DNA of 64,000 nt. Origin: Pyrinomonadaceae bacterium. GTDB taxonomy: Bacteria; Acidobacteriota; Blastocatellia; Pyrinomonadales; Pyrinomonadaceae. Both the position numbers and the translations under genes were made by a program. Shown here piece after piece: positions 1-9,352 of this stretch. Every line of letters begins with the position of its first letter. Positions within the stretch are counted from its first letter, which is position 1. Location of the stretch: positions 5,057 through 69,056 of the forward strand of contig JBGTBC010000338.1 in assembly GCA_041749555.1 (NCBI GenBank), in the 5' to 3' direction. Under the pieces are notes generated by a model. The model had not been told where the DNA came from. It did not search any database and was given only the letters and a program-made list of their open reading frames with translations.

Positions 1-465
1 TCTGCAGTCAGGACGGCATTTGGCGAGGAATCTATCGTAAAAGCCTTTGCCGTAACCGATACGATTGCCGCCGCGGTCATAACACAGCACCGGAACAAGT
101 ACCGCGTGGATCTCGCTTGGATCGATGATCTCGTTCCCAACGGGCTCGCGGATGCCCCAGCTATTTTCGAGAAGTTCGGTTTTGGGAGTGAGATTCAAAC
201 TCTCAATTTCGCCGGTCACTGAACTCATTCGGGGCGCAACCATCCGAACGAACGGGAACTCAGCCCAGATTCTTTGGTAGATCAAAGAAGTGTCTATCTC
301 ACCCAACCGCGGGATCGAGATGTAACAATGAATGGTTTCGATCGCTTTCAGATCGAACTCGACGAAAAGAAGATCCGCGATCTGCCGGCTCTTTTCAGAA
401 ACATCGTTCGGCGATAGAGCGCGTCGTTTTTCGAGGTACACCTTACGAAGCTCTGACTTGTTCAT
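1..465 (-). CDS. 5-formyltetrahydrofolate cyclo-ligase (MTHFS family); C-terminus runs off the window
   Basis: Absent from the ORF track because there is no stop in the window. My reverse-strand translation from the ATG at 463-465 gives MNKSELRKVYLEKRRALS...HAVLVPVLCYDRGGNRIGYGKGFYDRFL, which carries the MTHFS G-Y-G-x-G-[FY]-Y-D signature. Confidence 0.8.
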   Translation of the reverse strand, partial: MNKSELRKVYLEKRRALSPNDVSEKSRQIADLLFVEFDLKAIETIHCYISIPRLGEIDTSLIYQRIWAEFPFVRMVAPRMSSVTGEIESLNLTPKTELLENSWGIREPVGNEIIDPSEIHAVLVPVLCYDRGGNRIGYGKGFYDRFLAKCRPDCR

Positions 466-498
466 AAAGCGGGCGTGAAAATTGAATCAGGAATTTGA

Positions 499-687
499 TC
501 AGCCCCGTTTCTTATGCGGCCTTGGCTTGTTTGCCGTGCTGGTTCGCGGCGTTACCTGCGCTGATCGAAACTCTTCGCCGGCATCGACGGCCTTGCCGGC
601 TTTTGACGCGGCAAGGAGTTTCGATTCGTTCAATAATCTTTCCGCCGTCTTTGCGTTCTTGCTCGGTCGTTTCTTCGGTTTTGGCAT
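499..687 (-). CDS. small lysine/proline-rich basic protein, unknown function
   Basis: 62-aa ORF. A GAGAGGAAAT Shine-Dalgarno-like sequence sits directly upstream of the ATG on the minus strand. It lies between two same-strand genes. The sequence is low complexity, so coding status is uncertain. Confidence 0.4.
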   Translation of the reverse strand: MPKPKKRPSKNAKTAERLLNESKLLAASKAGKAVDAGEEFRSAQVTPRTSTANKPRPHKKRG

Positions 688-753
688 ATTTCCTCTCGTG
701 ATTCTTTAACCAAGGATAGCAGACTTGAGGCTACATTCCGTCCGAACTTATCA

Positions 754-1389
754 TCAGATCTCACGCAGCATCGTCCGGGCCGGGGCTCCGTCACCGGTCG
801 CGCCGTCGTACTTAAGCGGCATGCAAAATATCTCGTAATCGCCGGGCGGCACTTCGCGAAGGTCAACCCCCTCCAGGATCACGATCTCTTTTTCTAACAG
901 AGCTATGTGAACGGGATGTCCCGGAGATCCGCTTTTTTCGATCGAAAGATAATCGATACCGACGAGCAGAACACCGTTGTCTGCCAGCAGTTTCGCCGTA
1001 GCTGGAGTGATATATGTGTAATCGCTTCGAAACCCAAGCTCCGGCGTGGCCCAAAAGCTGGAATTCCGTGTTTTCAGAAGCACACGCTCAAGGCCGGTGA
1101 TATCGCCCATGTGCTCCGGCTCGACCGCGGTTACATCATCCGCCACCTCGATCACGCGGCATGGGCCGACCAGCTTTCGCGGATCGAGTTGATGCACACG
1201 AAGCGCCCCGTCAATAAAATGATTCGGAGCATCCACATGCGTCGCTGTGTGCACACCCATAGCGATCTGCGAGACATTTGCTGACGATCCGTTTGCCATC
1301 GCCTTGAACGATGTAATCTCAACACCGGGATCACCTTTATAAATAGGCGTCGCTGAGCTGATCGGAACAGTTATATCGTATATCTTCAT
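754..1389 (-). CDS. putative cyclase / kynurenine formamidase-like hydrolase
   Basis: 211 aa with a GVHTATHVDAPNHF motif and an overall pattern typical of the cyclase (arylformamidase) family. Confidence 0.8.
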   Translation of the reverse strand: MKIYDITVPISSATPIYKGDPGVEITSFKAMANGSSANVSQIAMGVHTATHVDAPNHFIDGALRVHQLDPRKLVGPCRVIEVADDVTAVEPEHMGDITGLERVLLKTRNSSFWATPELGFRSDYTYITPATAKLLADNGVLLVGIDYLSIEKSGSPGHPVHIALLEKEIVILEGVDLREVPPGDYEIFCMPLKYDGATGDGAPARTMLREI

Positions 1390-1511
1390 CTCAATAATAG
1401 TACTTCAAAACCAACGTTAAGAGGTAAACGAAACTTACCAGCCGCAGAGCTAAGTTGTGATAAGCCAACACGTCATTGCAGACTGGATTATTTCTGAGCT
1501 ACGCTACCAAC

Positions 1512-1793
1512 ATGGAGATCAAAGAACAAAAGTCAGGAAAGAAGGGGGAATTTTATATCGAGGAAAACAGCGATCGGGTCGCGACGATCCAGTATTTTGA
1601 TTCAGCCGATGACCAGATCACTGTTTATCACACGGAGGTCGATGCAAGCCTACGGGGACAGGGCGTCGGTGAAGATCTGGTTGAGCGGGTTGTTAAATAT
1701 GCACGCGATGAGAACCTGAAGATCGTCGCGACCTGTCCATACGCACGAAAGCTGATCGAGGAGAAAGCGGATCTCAAATCCGTGCTCGCATAG
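1512..1793 (+). CDS. small GNAT-like N-acetyltransferase (YjdJ-type)
   Basis: About 93 aa from the ATG at 1512 (the track ORF starts at a TTG at 1476). Contains RGQGVGEDLV...CPYA, typical of the single-domain GNAT-like family. Confidence 0.7.
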   Translation: MEIKEQKSGKKGEFYIEENSDRVATIQYFDSADDQITVYHTEVDASLRGQGVGEDLVERVVKYARDENLKIVATCPYARKLIEEKADLKSVLA

Positions 1794-1794
1794 A

Positions 1795-2601
1795 ATGCAG
1801 CCTTCCCGAATCTCAGCTTCGAGCTATTCGAATACCGCCCCGCTTGTCTGGTCATTTCTCTACGGAAAAAACCACGGCAAGGTTGAGATCATTCTCGACA
1901 ATGCACCCGCGCGCTCGGCTGAGTTGCTCAGCACAGGCCGCGTGGACGCCGCGCTTGTCCCCGTAATCGCGTTTCAATTGATCGACGATGTTCGGCTCGT
2001 TCCCGCCGTTTGTGTTGGAGCGAAGCGTCGTGTCCGTAGTGTCTGCCTTCTGACCCGAGGTATGGAACTCTCCGACGTGGGTTCGGTTTCGCTCGACACA
2101 TCGTCGCGAACGTCAGTGGTCCTGACGAAAATTATTTTTCGCGAATTCTTGGGTTTTGAACCCGAATGGCGTGATGCCAAGCCGGATATCGACTCAATGC
2201 TTGATGCTTCAGACGCCGCGCTTTTAATTGGCGATCCAGCACTCGCCTTGTCACGACCCAGAGCGAAAGCGGCCGGGTCACCGTTGCCGATCTACGACCT
2301 TGCGGAATTGTGGCACGCTCACACCGGGCTCGGATTCGTTTTCGCGATGTGGATGACCCACCTCGATGCGGTCGATATCGATTTTGCCGCCGCCCGCGAT
2401 GAGGGACTCGAACATCTCGATGAGATAATCGCGAATTATGGTACTGATATTGGGTTGGGGGAAAATGAGATGAGAACCTATCTCTCTGAAAATATTTCGT
2501 TCTCTATCGATGAGCCGATGCAGCTCGGAATGGAGCTTTATTTTGAACTCGCGGCAAAAAACGGCCTTATACCGGCTGTCAAACCGCTTAAATTCACCTG
2601 A
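1795..2601 (+). CDS. mqnA: chorismate dehydratase MqnA (futalosine menaquinone pathway)
   Basis: 268 aa. The N-terminus RISASSYSNTAPL, the length and the overall pattern match MqnA-family proteins. An MqnC/E-type radical SAM gene lies 0.7 kb downstream. Confidence 0.8.
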   Translation: MQPSRISASSYSNTAPLVWSFLYGKNHGKVEIILDNAPARSAELLSTGRVDAALVPVIAFQLIDDVRLVPAVCVGAKRRVRSVCLLTRGMELSDVGSVSLDTSSRTSVVLTKIIFREFLGFEPEWRDAKPDIDSMLDASDAALLIGDPALALSRPRAKAAGSPLPIYDLAELWHAHTGLGFVFAMWMTHLDAVDIDFAAARDEGLEHLDEIIANYGTDIGLGENEMRTYLSENISFSIDEPMQLGMELYFELAAKNGLIPAVKPLKFT

Positions 2602-2788
2602 CGAGTCCCGATTGAAAGATCACCAGCCAGCCGGCGACTATCGAGAACACGGCGAGCCATATATCGCTCGGTTTTACTTGTGTTTGTTTATCCCGCATCA
2701 CACTAATCTCATATGTGTAATGCGTATTTCTTTCCCAAAAGGTATCTCTATTTCACTAATTCGATTGAGCCGGAGTTCGCGGGAAATC

Positions 2789-3315
2789 TTAGAAGATCGG
2801 CCGCTTTAGCTCCATCTGCAGGCGCGCTTGGTCGATCTTTCCGTCGTTTTGCTTCAAATGATCGACAAAAATAAGCGCGGTCTGAATACGTTTGTCAATG
2901 TCTTTTACCTTGCCGACAAAGTAAAGGATCGAACGCTGCTTGCCTGGGGTTAGCGAATGAAACAGCTTGTCACCTTCGAGGTCCTGATTCAAAACTTCTC
3001 GCAGTTCTTCCGGCATAGGGAGCCCATATTTACTTTCATCCTTTTTGAGCACTACCGTGATGCTGTCTCCTGCTTCGATTCCGAGCCGTGTCCGGACGCC
3101 TTTATTGACCATCAGAAAAAATGAGCCGTCGTACGGCATTAACGCACACGGGAACGTTTCGACCCCATTCAGGGTACAGATGACTCGACGGCTGCCCTTG
3201 GCAAACTCAAAGCTGTCAGCGATCTCACGCGAGACGCCTACGAAGTGCCATCCGGATTCGGGTGAGAATTTATCGAGCAGGTATCGAACTTGATTTTGCG
3301 CGCAGCAGTTTTCAT
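2789..3315 (-). pseudogene. YdeI / DUF1905-family protein with an apparent 1-nt frameshift near the N-terminus
   Basis: The track ORF 2789-3139 (MPYDGSFFLMVNKG...) continues upstream in frame as ...LLDKFSPESGWHFVGVSREIADSFEFAKGSRRVICTLNGVETFPCAL, a DUF1905-like N-domain, with no ATG/GTG/TTG. An ATG at 3313-3315 opens MKTAARKIKFDT in the adjacent frame and meets this frame at GATACCTGCTC. Confidence 0.55.
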
Positions 3316-3341
3316 ACTTGCGATTTGATAGAATAAAGCCT

Positions 3342-4517
3342 ATGGATACGTCCGTTCAACCCATACTGGATAAAGCACTCGATGGCGCGCGGTTGTCAGC
3401 CGAAGACTGCACCGCCTTGCTCGAATCACACGATTTCGTACGTATCGGCCTCGCAGCCGATGAGATCCGCCAACGAAGAAATCCGGGCGATGTTGTGACC
3501 TACATAATTGATCGCAATATCAATTATACCAACGTCTGCAACGTAGTTTGCACGTTCTGCGCATTCTATCGGCGACCCGGCAAACCGGACACGTACGTAC
3601 ATTCGATCGAGGAGATCTGTTCCCGCATTGACGAGACTATCGCTCTCGGCGGAACAGGCGTGCTGATGCAGGGCGGTCTGCATCCTGATTTTAATATCGA
3701 GTGGTATGAGGATTTGCTCTCGACGCTACACGCAAAGTATCCAAAATTTCAGCTCCACTGTTTTTCACCGCCAGAGATACACAATATTCACCTGATCAGC
3801 GGCCTCGATTACATGACCATAATGCAGCGGCTAAAGGATGCGGGTCTTAACTCTATGCCGGGCGGCGGCGGCGAGATCCTGGATGATGAGGTCCGTGCGA
3901 GAGTTTCGACCAAATGCGACACGCAAGAATGGCTCGACATAATGCGTGCCGTTCACAAGGTCGGTCTGATCTCGACCGCGACGATGATGTTTGGCATTGG
4001 AGACAAGATCGAGCACCGAGTCCGCCATCTCGAACGAATTCGGCAGGTGCAGGACGAAGCCCTTGCGAATAAAGCCGTCGATCCGAATTACGGCGAGTTC
4101 ACCGCCTTTATCCCGTGGACATTCCAACGCGAAAACACCGCCCTCGGCCGCAAGATCACCGAGGAACCGACAGGCATCGATTATTTAAAGATGCTTGCCG
4201 TTTCGCGTTTATTTTTAGATAACGTCCAGCACATCCAGGCATCATGGCTGACCCAAGGCCTCAAGCTCGGTCAGACAGCTCTTAGATTCGGCGCCGATGA
4301 CATGGGCTCCATCATGATCGAAGAAAACGTAGTCTCCGCCGCCGGAGCCGACAACCAGGCCAACGAAAGAGATCTCCGCTATCAGATCCGCGAAGCCGGT
4401 TTCGTTCCCCAACAAAGGGACATTCTTTATAACTACATTGATCGTCCTAACATCGGTGATGTAGATCAAAGCGACTCGATGAAGTTGAAACAGTTGACCG
4501 TCGCATTTGCGGATTAA
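3342..4517 (+). CDS. radical SAM menaquinone-biosynthesis enzyme, MqnC/MqnE family
   Basis: Contains DRNINYTNVCNVVCTFCAFYR (a CxxxCxxC cluster) and a GGTGVLMQGG motif; about 391 aa. I cannot separate MqnC from MqnE by eye. Start taken at the ATG at 3342. Confidence 0.8.
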   Translation: MDTSVQPILDKALDGARLSAEDCTALLESHDFVRIGLAADEIRQRRNPGDVVTYIIDRNINYTNVCNVVCTFCAFYRRPGKPDTYVHSIEEICSRIDETIALGGTGVLMQGGLHPDFNIEWYEDLLSTLHAKYPKFQLHCFSPPEIHNIHLISGLDYMTIMQRLKDAGLNSMPGGGGEILDDEVRARVSTKCDTQEWLDIMRAVHKVGLISTATMMFGIGDKIEHRVRHLERIRQVQDEALANKAVDPNYGEFTAFIPWTFQRENTALGRKITEEPTGIDYLKMLAVSRLFLDNVQHIQASWLTQGLKLGQTALRFGADDMGSIMIEENVVSAAGADNQANERDLRYQIREAGFVPQQRDILYNYIDRPNIGDVDQSDSMKLKQLTVAFAD

Positions 4518-4728
4518 TGTCTCAATGAAATCGATTCACAAACGACTCCTTCTGACGACGGCCCTCTCATTGAGTGTAGGAGCATTAGCAATCGTTCCTG
4601 TTGTGAATAGCGACAATGGTTATGTCGCAGGGTACGTATTTCTCCCGCTTTTACTCTTGGTTGGCATCACGGCATTCGTACTTTTCTTCGCAGGGTTATT
4701 AACAATTGTAAAAGGCCCGGGGCCGTAA
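4507..4728 (+). CDS. small membrane protein (two predicted TM helices), unknown function
   Basis: 73-aa ORF with hydrophobic stretches LLLTTALSLSVGALAIV and YVFLPLLLLVGITAFVLFFAGLL. It is in the same frame as the next ORF, separated by one TAA. Confidence 0.4.
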   Translation: MRINVSMKSIHKRLLLTTALSLSVGALAIVPVVNSDNGYVAGYVFLPLLLLVGITAFVLFFAGLLTIVKGPGP

Positions 4729-4746
4729 TTTTTACTTGCTTCCATA

Positions 4747-5214
4747 TTGCTTCCGGTTGGATTTTTCGGAGCAGCCTTCGTTTCAAAGTCGTTAGAACTG
4801 GGAGCTTACGAAGAACAGCCGATGCAGTCCATCGCTGCGCCAATAGGAAACAAAGTGTTGTTCAAAAAGGAAGCGACGCATGAAGAGATCGAACGGTTTT
4901 GGACAGATATCATCGGTTATCCGACCGATGACAAGGGTGGCCATTGGTCCCGGCCAGGTGTTAGTGGTGGATTTCGCCCGCTGGACGAGAACGGCCATCA
5001 GGTAATTATCTTCTCTTTTCGACCGGAAGCGTCCGAAGAAGAGAAGAATGATGTTCGACAACGGATCAATAACTACGCTCCGGTTTTTCAATTTCTCGAA
5101 AATGTCGACACGACTCAGGTGGAAACTCTCGAGCCCGAAATCGACAACTCTACTGCCACAAAACCTGTATCTAACGCGACTAGAGAGCCGAAGACCTTTA
5201 AGACGCTCAACTGA
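4747..5214 (+). CDS. hypothetical protein
   Basis: 155-aa ORF with a TTG start and a short hydrophobic N-terminus. I recognise no family. An alternative ATG start lies at 4822. Confidence 0.45.
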   Translation: MLPVGFFGAAFVSKSLELGAYEEQPMQSIAAPIGNKVLFKKEATHEEIERFWTDIIGYPTDDKGGHWSRPGVSGGFRPLDENGHQVIIFSFRPEASEEEKNDVRQRINNYAPVFQFLENVDTTQVETLEPEIDNSTATKPVSNATREPKTFKTLN

Positions 5215-5260
5215 TGTTATTCTCGACAACTTGTCAAGAAACAACTGTTACAATCTCATT

Positions 5261-5506
5261 ATGAAAAGCCTACCGGTCGGCGAACTAAAAGCTCAGTTTT
5301 CTGACGTACTTGAGAAAGTGCAGCAGGGCGAGAGCTTTGAGATAACTTATGGCAAGAACAAGAAACCAGTTGCAAAGATAGTACCGATCATGAGCGAAAA
5401 GCCAAAGAAGAAACGAAAGCTGGGTATCCTGGAAGGCAAGGTGAAGTTTAAGTTTGCTAAGAACTTCAAAATGACCGACGAGGAACTCCTTGATCTGCGG
5501 ATATGA
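5261..5506 (+). CDS. type II antitoxin, Phd/YefM-like (VapB role)
   Basis: MKSLPVGELKAQFSDVLEKVQQGESFEITYGKNKKPVAKIVPI is a typical Phd/YefM N-terminus. A 4-nt ATGA overlap joins it to the downstream PIN gene. Confidence 0.8.
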   Translation: MKSLPVGELKAQFSDVLEKVQQGESFEITYGKNKKPVAKIVPIMSEKPKKKRKLGILEGKVKFKFAKNFKMTDEELLDLRI

Positions 5507-5901
5507 AATATCTGCTCGATACTCACACTGTCATTTGGGCCCTCACTGCAACAAAAACAATCCCTCCGACGATAATCGAGGTATTAAAGGATCCGGACAA
5601 CGAGCATTACGTAAGCGCGGTTACTTTTTGGGAGATGGCGATAAAGATCTGGAGCGGTCGTCTAGAACCTATTGGGCCCTGGGAGAGAGCAATCCATTAC
5701 GTGGAGGCCGTGGGCTTCGAGACGATTCCTCTGTTGCCGGAGGAGGCCGCGGCTTCGCTGAAGCTAGCGGAAAATACCCATTTCGACCCTTTCGACCGTA
5801 TGCTCATTTGGCAGGCGATCTCGAGAGACCTGACCCTAGTTAGCGGAGATTCTGAGTTCAAGAAATTTAAGGCCGATGGCTTGAGATTGCTATGGACGTA
5901 G
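5503..5901 (+). CDS. vapC: PIN-domain toxin VapC
   Basis: 132 aa starting MKYLLDTHTVIW, with ...FDPFDRMLIWQA and conserved acidic residues in a PIN arrangement. Confidence 0.85.
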   Translation: MKYLLDTHTVIWALTATKTIPPTIIEVLKDPDNEHYVSAVTFWEMAIKIWSGRLEPIGPWERAIHYVEAVGFETIPLLPEEAAASLKLAENTHFDPFDRMLIWQAISRDLTLVSGDSEFKKFKADGLRLLWT

Positions 5902-5917
5902 TAAAACAAGGCCCACG

Positions 5918-6277
5918 ATGAGATCCGAAAAATTCATACCTGCCGATATCGATGAGTACATTGCCGCGTTTCCGACCGATGTTCAGAAGACTCTGGAAAA
6001 GATCAGAAAGACGATAAAAAAAGCGGCTCCTGACGCGGTTGAGGCGATCAGCTATCGGATACCGACATTCAGGCTCGGAGGAAAGAATCTCGTCCATTTC
6101 GCCGCATTCAAGTCTCACGTCAGCGTTTACCCGGCCCCGCGTGATTCCGAAGAGCTAGGGGAAGAAATAGCTGCCTATAAGGGCGGGAAGGGCACAGTTC
6201 AGTTTCCAATTGGATCTGAGTTGCCGCTCGACCTGATCCGCCGGATAGTGAAATATCGCCTGGGCGCAAGCAAATAG
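5918..6277 (+). CDS. DUF1801 (YdhG-like) domain protein
   Basis: 119 aa; IDEYIAAFPTDVQKTLEKIRKTIKKAAPDAVEAISYRIPTF is the characteristic DUF1801 pattern. Confidence 0.75.
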   Translation: MRSEKFIPADIDEYIAAFPTDVQKTLEKIRKTIKKAAPDAVEAISYRIPTFRLGGKNLVHFAAFKSHVSVYPAPRDSEELGEEIAAYKGGKGTVQFPIGSELPLDLIRRIVKYRLGASK

Positions 6278-6432
6278 CTCTGACGGGGTCTCGACAAGAC
6301 ATCGCTCGTGTGCGCTTCCCCGGCGATTGCGGATTCTCCAGTTGTAATATCGGGTATGCTATCCTCTTTGGGTCTCCTAAACTAAACCGTGATCCTGCAT
6401 TGTATGCAGAAGAGGCTCTGAAAGAGGGTTAG

Positions 6433-6768
6433 ATGGCCGCCAGAATAATCACCTTTTTACTCACATTTATAGCCCATGTCACCGTGGGCGTTGTGATCCT
6501 TGCCGTGATGGTGATGGCGATGAATGGTTACAGCGAGAGCGATGCGATGTGGGGCTTCGGAACTTATATCGTTCTGGCGTTTCTGATTACATTAGTGATG
6601 AGCATTTTGGCAGCGTTTTTGGTAAACCGACTCCTGGATCGAAAATTCAACACGGTAGTCGCGGTACTTATTACGGTCGGGGCGTTTTCGATTATTGGAA
6701 TTGTGTTGAATGTGATCAGCGGTTTTATCGGTGCGATCGCAGCTGAGATCGTAAGGGTCAACTTCTGA
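6433..6768 (+). CDS. small integral membrane protein (3-4 TM helices), unknown function
   Basis: 111 aa, almost entirely hydrophobic helices. Confidence 0.5.
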   Translation: MAARIITFLLTFIAHVTVGVVILAVMVMAMNGYSESDAMWGFGTYIVLAFLITLVMSILAAFLVNRLLDRKFNTVVAVLITVGAFSIIGIVLNVISGFIGAIAAEIVRVNF

Positions 6769-6803
6769 CCTTTCCCGAACGAAATTCAATACACGATTTA
6801 CAA

Positions 6804-7535
6804 ATGGGGCAAAAGATAGGTTTAGTTCAAACGCGTGGAATTGGCGATATCATTATTGCCCTGCCGATCGCGGATTTTTTTCTCGAAGGCGGCCACGAGG
6901 TAGTGTGGCCGATAGATGCACGGTTCGTGAGTATGTTCCGGCGCGTAAAGCCCGGCGTACAATTCGTCGGAGTTGAAAAATCCCCACCAGATTCTCGAGA
7001 TTTCTTTCTCAATGAACCGCTTGAATTGATACGTGAACATCGGTGTGACCGCACCATCATTCTTTACAGTTTCCTGAGCGGTCTTAACATCTGCGATCCG
7101 CGGCTGGCAAAATCACTCAAATTCGATGAGTACAAATACGCCATTGCAGGCGTTCCGTTCGACCTCAAATGGAAGCTTAAGATCGAGCGCGACACAGGCC
7201 GCGAAGAAGCTCTTTTTAATAGCCTGGAAATCGAAGGCGATTATGTTCTGGTGCATGATCAGGGGTCTGACGTCGAAATGCGGATCCCGATCCCGGCTGA
7301 GATCCAACGAGAGTTTCAAATCGTTTACGTCGCCGAAAAAACGGATAGTCCGTTTGATTGGCTCCTCGCGATCGAACGCGCCGCAAAGCTGTATATGATC
7401 GACAGCTGCCTAGCCAATCTGGTCGAGCAATTGAATCTGACCCAAGCTAAAAAGCTCTTTCTGCGTTCCGATGTGGGTTTCACGCCGGTCTACAAAAACG
7501 GATGGCAATTTTCGTCTCTACAACCATCGAGCTGA
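6804..7535 (+). CDS. hypothetical protein
   Basis: 243 aa. The N-terminus GLVQTRGIGDIIIALPIADFF weakly recalls GT9/heptosyltransferase-like Rossmann starts. No confident family assignment. Confidence 0.5.
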   Translation: MGQKIGLVQTRGIGDIIIALPIADFFLEGGHEVVWPIDARFVSMFRRVKPGVQFVGVEKSPPDSRDFFLNEPLELIREHRCDRTIILYSFLSGLNICDPRLAKSLKFDEYKYAIAGVPFDLKWKLKIERDTGREEALFNSLEIEGDYVLVHDQGSDVEMRIPIPAEIQREFQIVYVAEKTDSPFDWLLAIERAAKLYMIDSCLANLVEQLNLTQAKKLFLRSDVGFTPVYKNGWQFSSLQPSS

Positions 7536-7568
7536 AGTAGCTGCTTTGCAAGTGCGACATAAAATAGT

Positions 7569-8042
7569 ATGCCGACCATAGTGTTAAACACACACATCAA
7601 TGCCCCACCAGAGATATGTTTCGACCTCATGCGTGACATCAGGCTTCATACCGAAACCACGATGCAGACAGATGAAAGAGCGATAGGCGGCGTTACCGAG
7701 GGTAAGATCGGTCTCGGCGAAACGGTCACATTCGAGGGCACACATTTCGGTATGCGTCAGCGCTTGATGGTAGAGGTAGTCGAGTTTGATCGTCCGTGGC
7801 TATTTGCCGATGAGATGATCGAGGGACGATTTAAGAGTTTCAAGCACATCCATGAGTTTCAAAAGCTTGAAGCGGGAACTCTCATGGTGGACACTATTGA
7901 GTGGACATCGCCGTTTGGAGTTCTCGGCAAACTCGTTGACAAACTTCTCCTAGAACGCCATTTACAAAACCTGGTTAGCACTAGGAACAATCGCCTCAAG
8001 CATATCGCGGAGCAGCAAAGGATCTCGCCGGAAATCACGTAG
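7569..8042 (+). CDS. SRPBCC (START/polyketide-cyclase-like) family protein
   Basis: 157 aa. The INAPPEICFDLMRD start and the length fit the SRPBCC ligand-binding fold family. Confidence 0.7.
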   Translation: MPTIVLNTHINAPPEICFDLMRDIRLHTETTMQTDERAIGGVTEGKIGLGETVTFEGTHFGMRQRLMVEVVEFDRPWLFADEMIEGRFKSFKHIHEFQKLEAGTLMVDTIEWTSPFGVLGKLVDKLLLERHLQNLVSTRNNRLKHIAEQQRISPEIT

Positions 8043-8130
8043 ATCCAATTCTTACCCAATTATTACAATGGCCGGGCGGCCGACCTGATACCCTAAAAGA
8101 GTCTTACTTTAATTACTGCAATATTATTTG

Positions 8131-8988
8131 ATGCAAAACGTCCTCGAATTCGAAAAGTCCCGCAGCGGAGTCAATTGGAAAAATGTCGCGATCGTGACGA
8201 CATTTCACCTGGCGGCCATACCCGTGTTTTTCTCTTTAAGCTGGGAAAATTTCGCCGTGCTGTTGATTGGTAATTGGATCGTCGGAAGCCTCGGCGTCGG
8301 CCTCGGCTGGCACCGTTTGCTGACCCACCGGAGCTTTAAGGCACCGAAGTGGCTCGAATATTTTCTTACCATTCTTGGCACAATGTCGATGCAGGACCCG
8401 CCCGACAAATGGGTGGCGACCCACCGTATTCATCATAAATATGTCGACACGGATAAAGACCCGCACTCGGCCCGCTCAGGATTTTGGTGGCCGCAGATCG
8501 GCTGGGTGCTCTGGGGTAGATCTCAGGACCATGATGCCGAGACCTTAAAACGATATGTTCCCGACCTTTTAAAGGACCCGGGCCAGGTATTGATATCCCG
8601 CTATTTCTATATACCGATAATCGTTTCGGCCGCTCTATTGTTTGCTTTAGGCGGATGGCAGTTTGTCGTCTGGGGTGTGTTTGCACGCGTGGTCGTGGGC
8701 TGGCACACGACGTGGTTCGTGAATTCGCTTGCGCATATTTACGGTAAACGTCCGCACGACACCGGTGACCTCTCCACAAATAACTGGTTCGTCGCCATTC
8801 TCACTTTTGGCGAGGGGTGGCACAATAATCATCACGCGTTTCCGACGTCAGCACGGCACGGGCTCCAATGGTATCAGTTCGATATGAACTGGATCGCGAT
8901 CAGCATCTTCAAGAAGCTGGGTTGGGCAAAGCAGATCAAACTGCCCGACCTCAAGCCTGCAGCCGCTGAATTGAAAAGAGCAGCATAA
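8131..8988 (+). CDS. membrane fatty-acid (acyl-CoA/acyl-lipid delta-9-type) desaturase
   Basis: Three histidine boxes are present: HRLLTHRS, HRIHHKY and HNNHHAF. Confidence 0.85.
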   Translation: MQNVLEFEKSRSGVNWKNVAIVTTFHLAAIPVFFSLSWENFAVLLIGNWIVGSLGVGLGWHRLLTHRSFKAPKWLEYFLTILGTMSMQDPPDKWVATHRIHHKYVDTDKDPHSARSGFWWPQIGWVLWGRSQDHDAETLKRYVPDLLKDPGQVLISRYFYIPIIVSAALLFALGGWQFVVWGVFARVVVGWHTTWFVNSLAHIYGKRPHDTGDLSTNNWFVAILTFGEGWHNNHHAFPTSARHGLQWYQFDMNWIAISIFKKLGWAKQIKLPDLKPAAAELKRAA

Positions 8989-9022
8989 AATATTAGTATG
9001 CGGGGGTAAATGGAGAGCAGCT

Positions 9023-9352
9023 ATGAACACTAACCCGCAAAACTACTCCGAATTTTGGGACTTCTATGTGCAGGAACACAGTAAACCGCTGACGCGGCTG
9101 CTGCATTTTATCGGAACTTCGCTTGGTATCATTTTGCTGGTCTTTTTCGTTGCCAGCGGGCAATGGTATTTCTTTCCCGCCTTTTTTGTCATAGGCTACG
9201 GCTTTGCGTGGTTTGCACATTTCGTCATTGAAAAGAATAAGCCCGCCAGTTTTAGATTTCCGCTTTGGTCATTTATCAGCGATTTCAAAATGATGTGGTA
9301 CATGGCTACCGGCCGTATGGGTCAAGAGGTCCGCAGGGTTTCCGGTAAATGA
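9023..9352 (+). CDS. DUF962 (Mpo1-like) membrane protein
   Basis: Contains FWDFYVQEHSKPLTRLLHFIGT...FAWFAHFVIEKNKPA, characteristic of DUF962. Confidence 0.75.
   Translation: MNTNPQNYSEFWDFYVQEHSKPLTRLLHFIGTSLGIILLVFFVASGQWYFFPAFFVIGYGFAWFAHFVIEKNKPASFRFPLWSFISDFKMMWYMATGRMGQEVRRVSGK

Noticed and set aside
466-753. A possible 6S RNA (ssrS) upstream of the MTHFS gene, by analogy with the E. coli ssrS-ygfA arrangement.
   Set aside because: I could not find the long closing helix or central bubble. The interval is instead filled by a 62-aa ORF with a good Shine-Dalgarno sequence. It could be tested with cmscan, but nothing in the sequence as read supports it.
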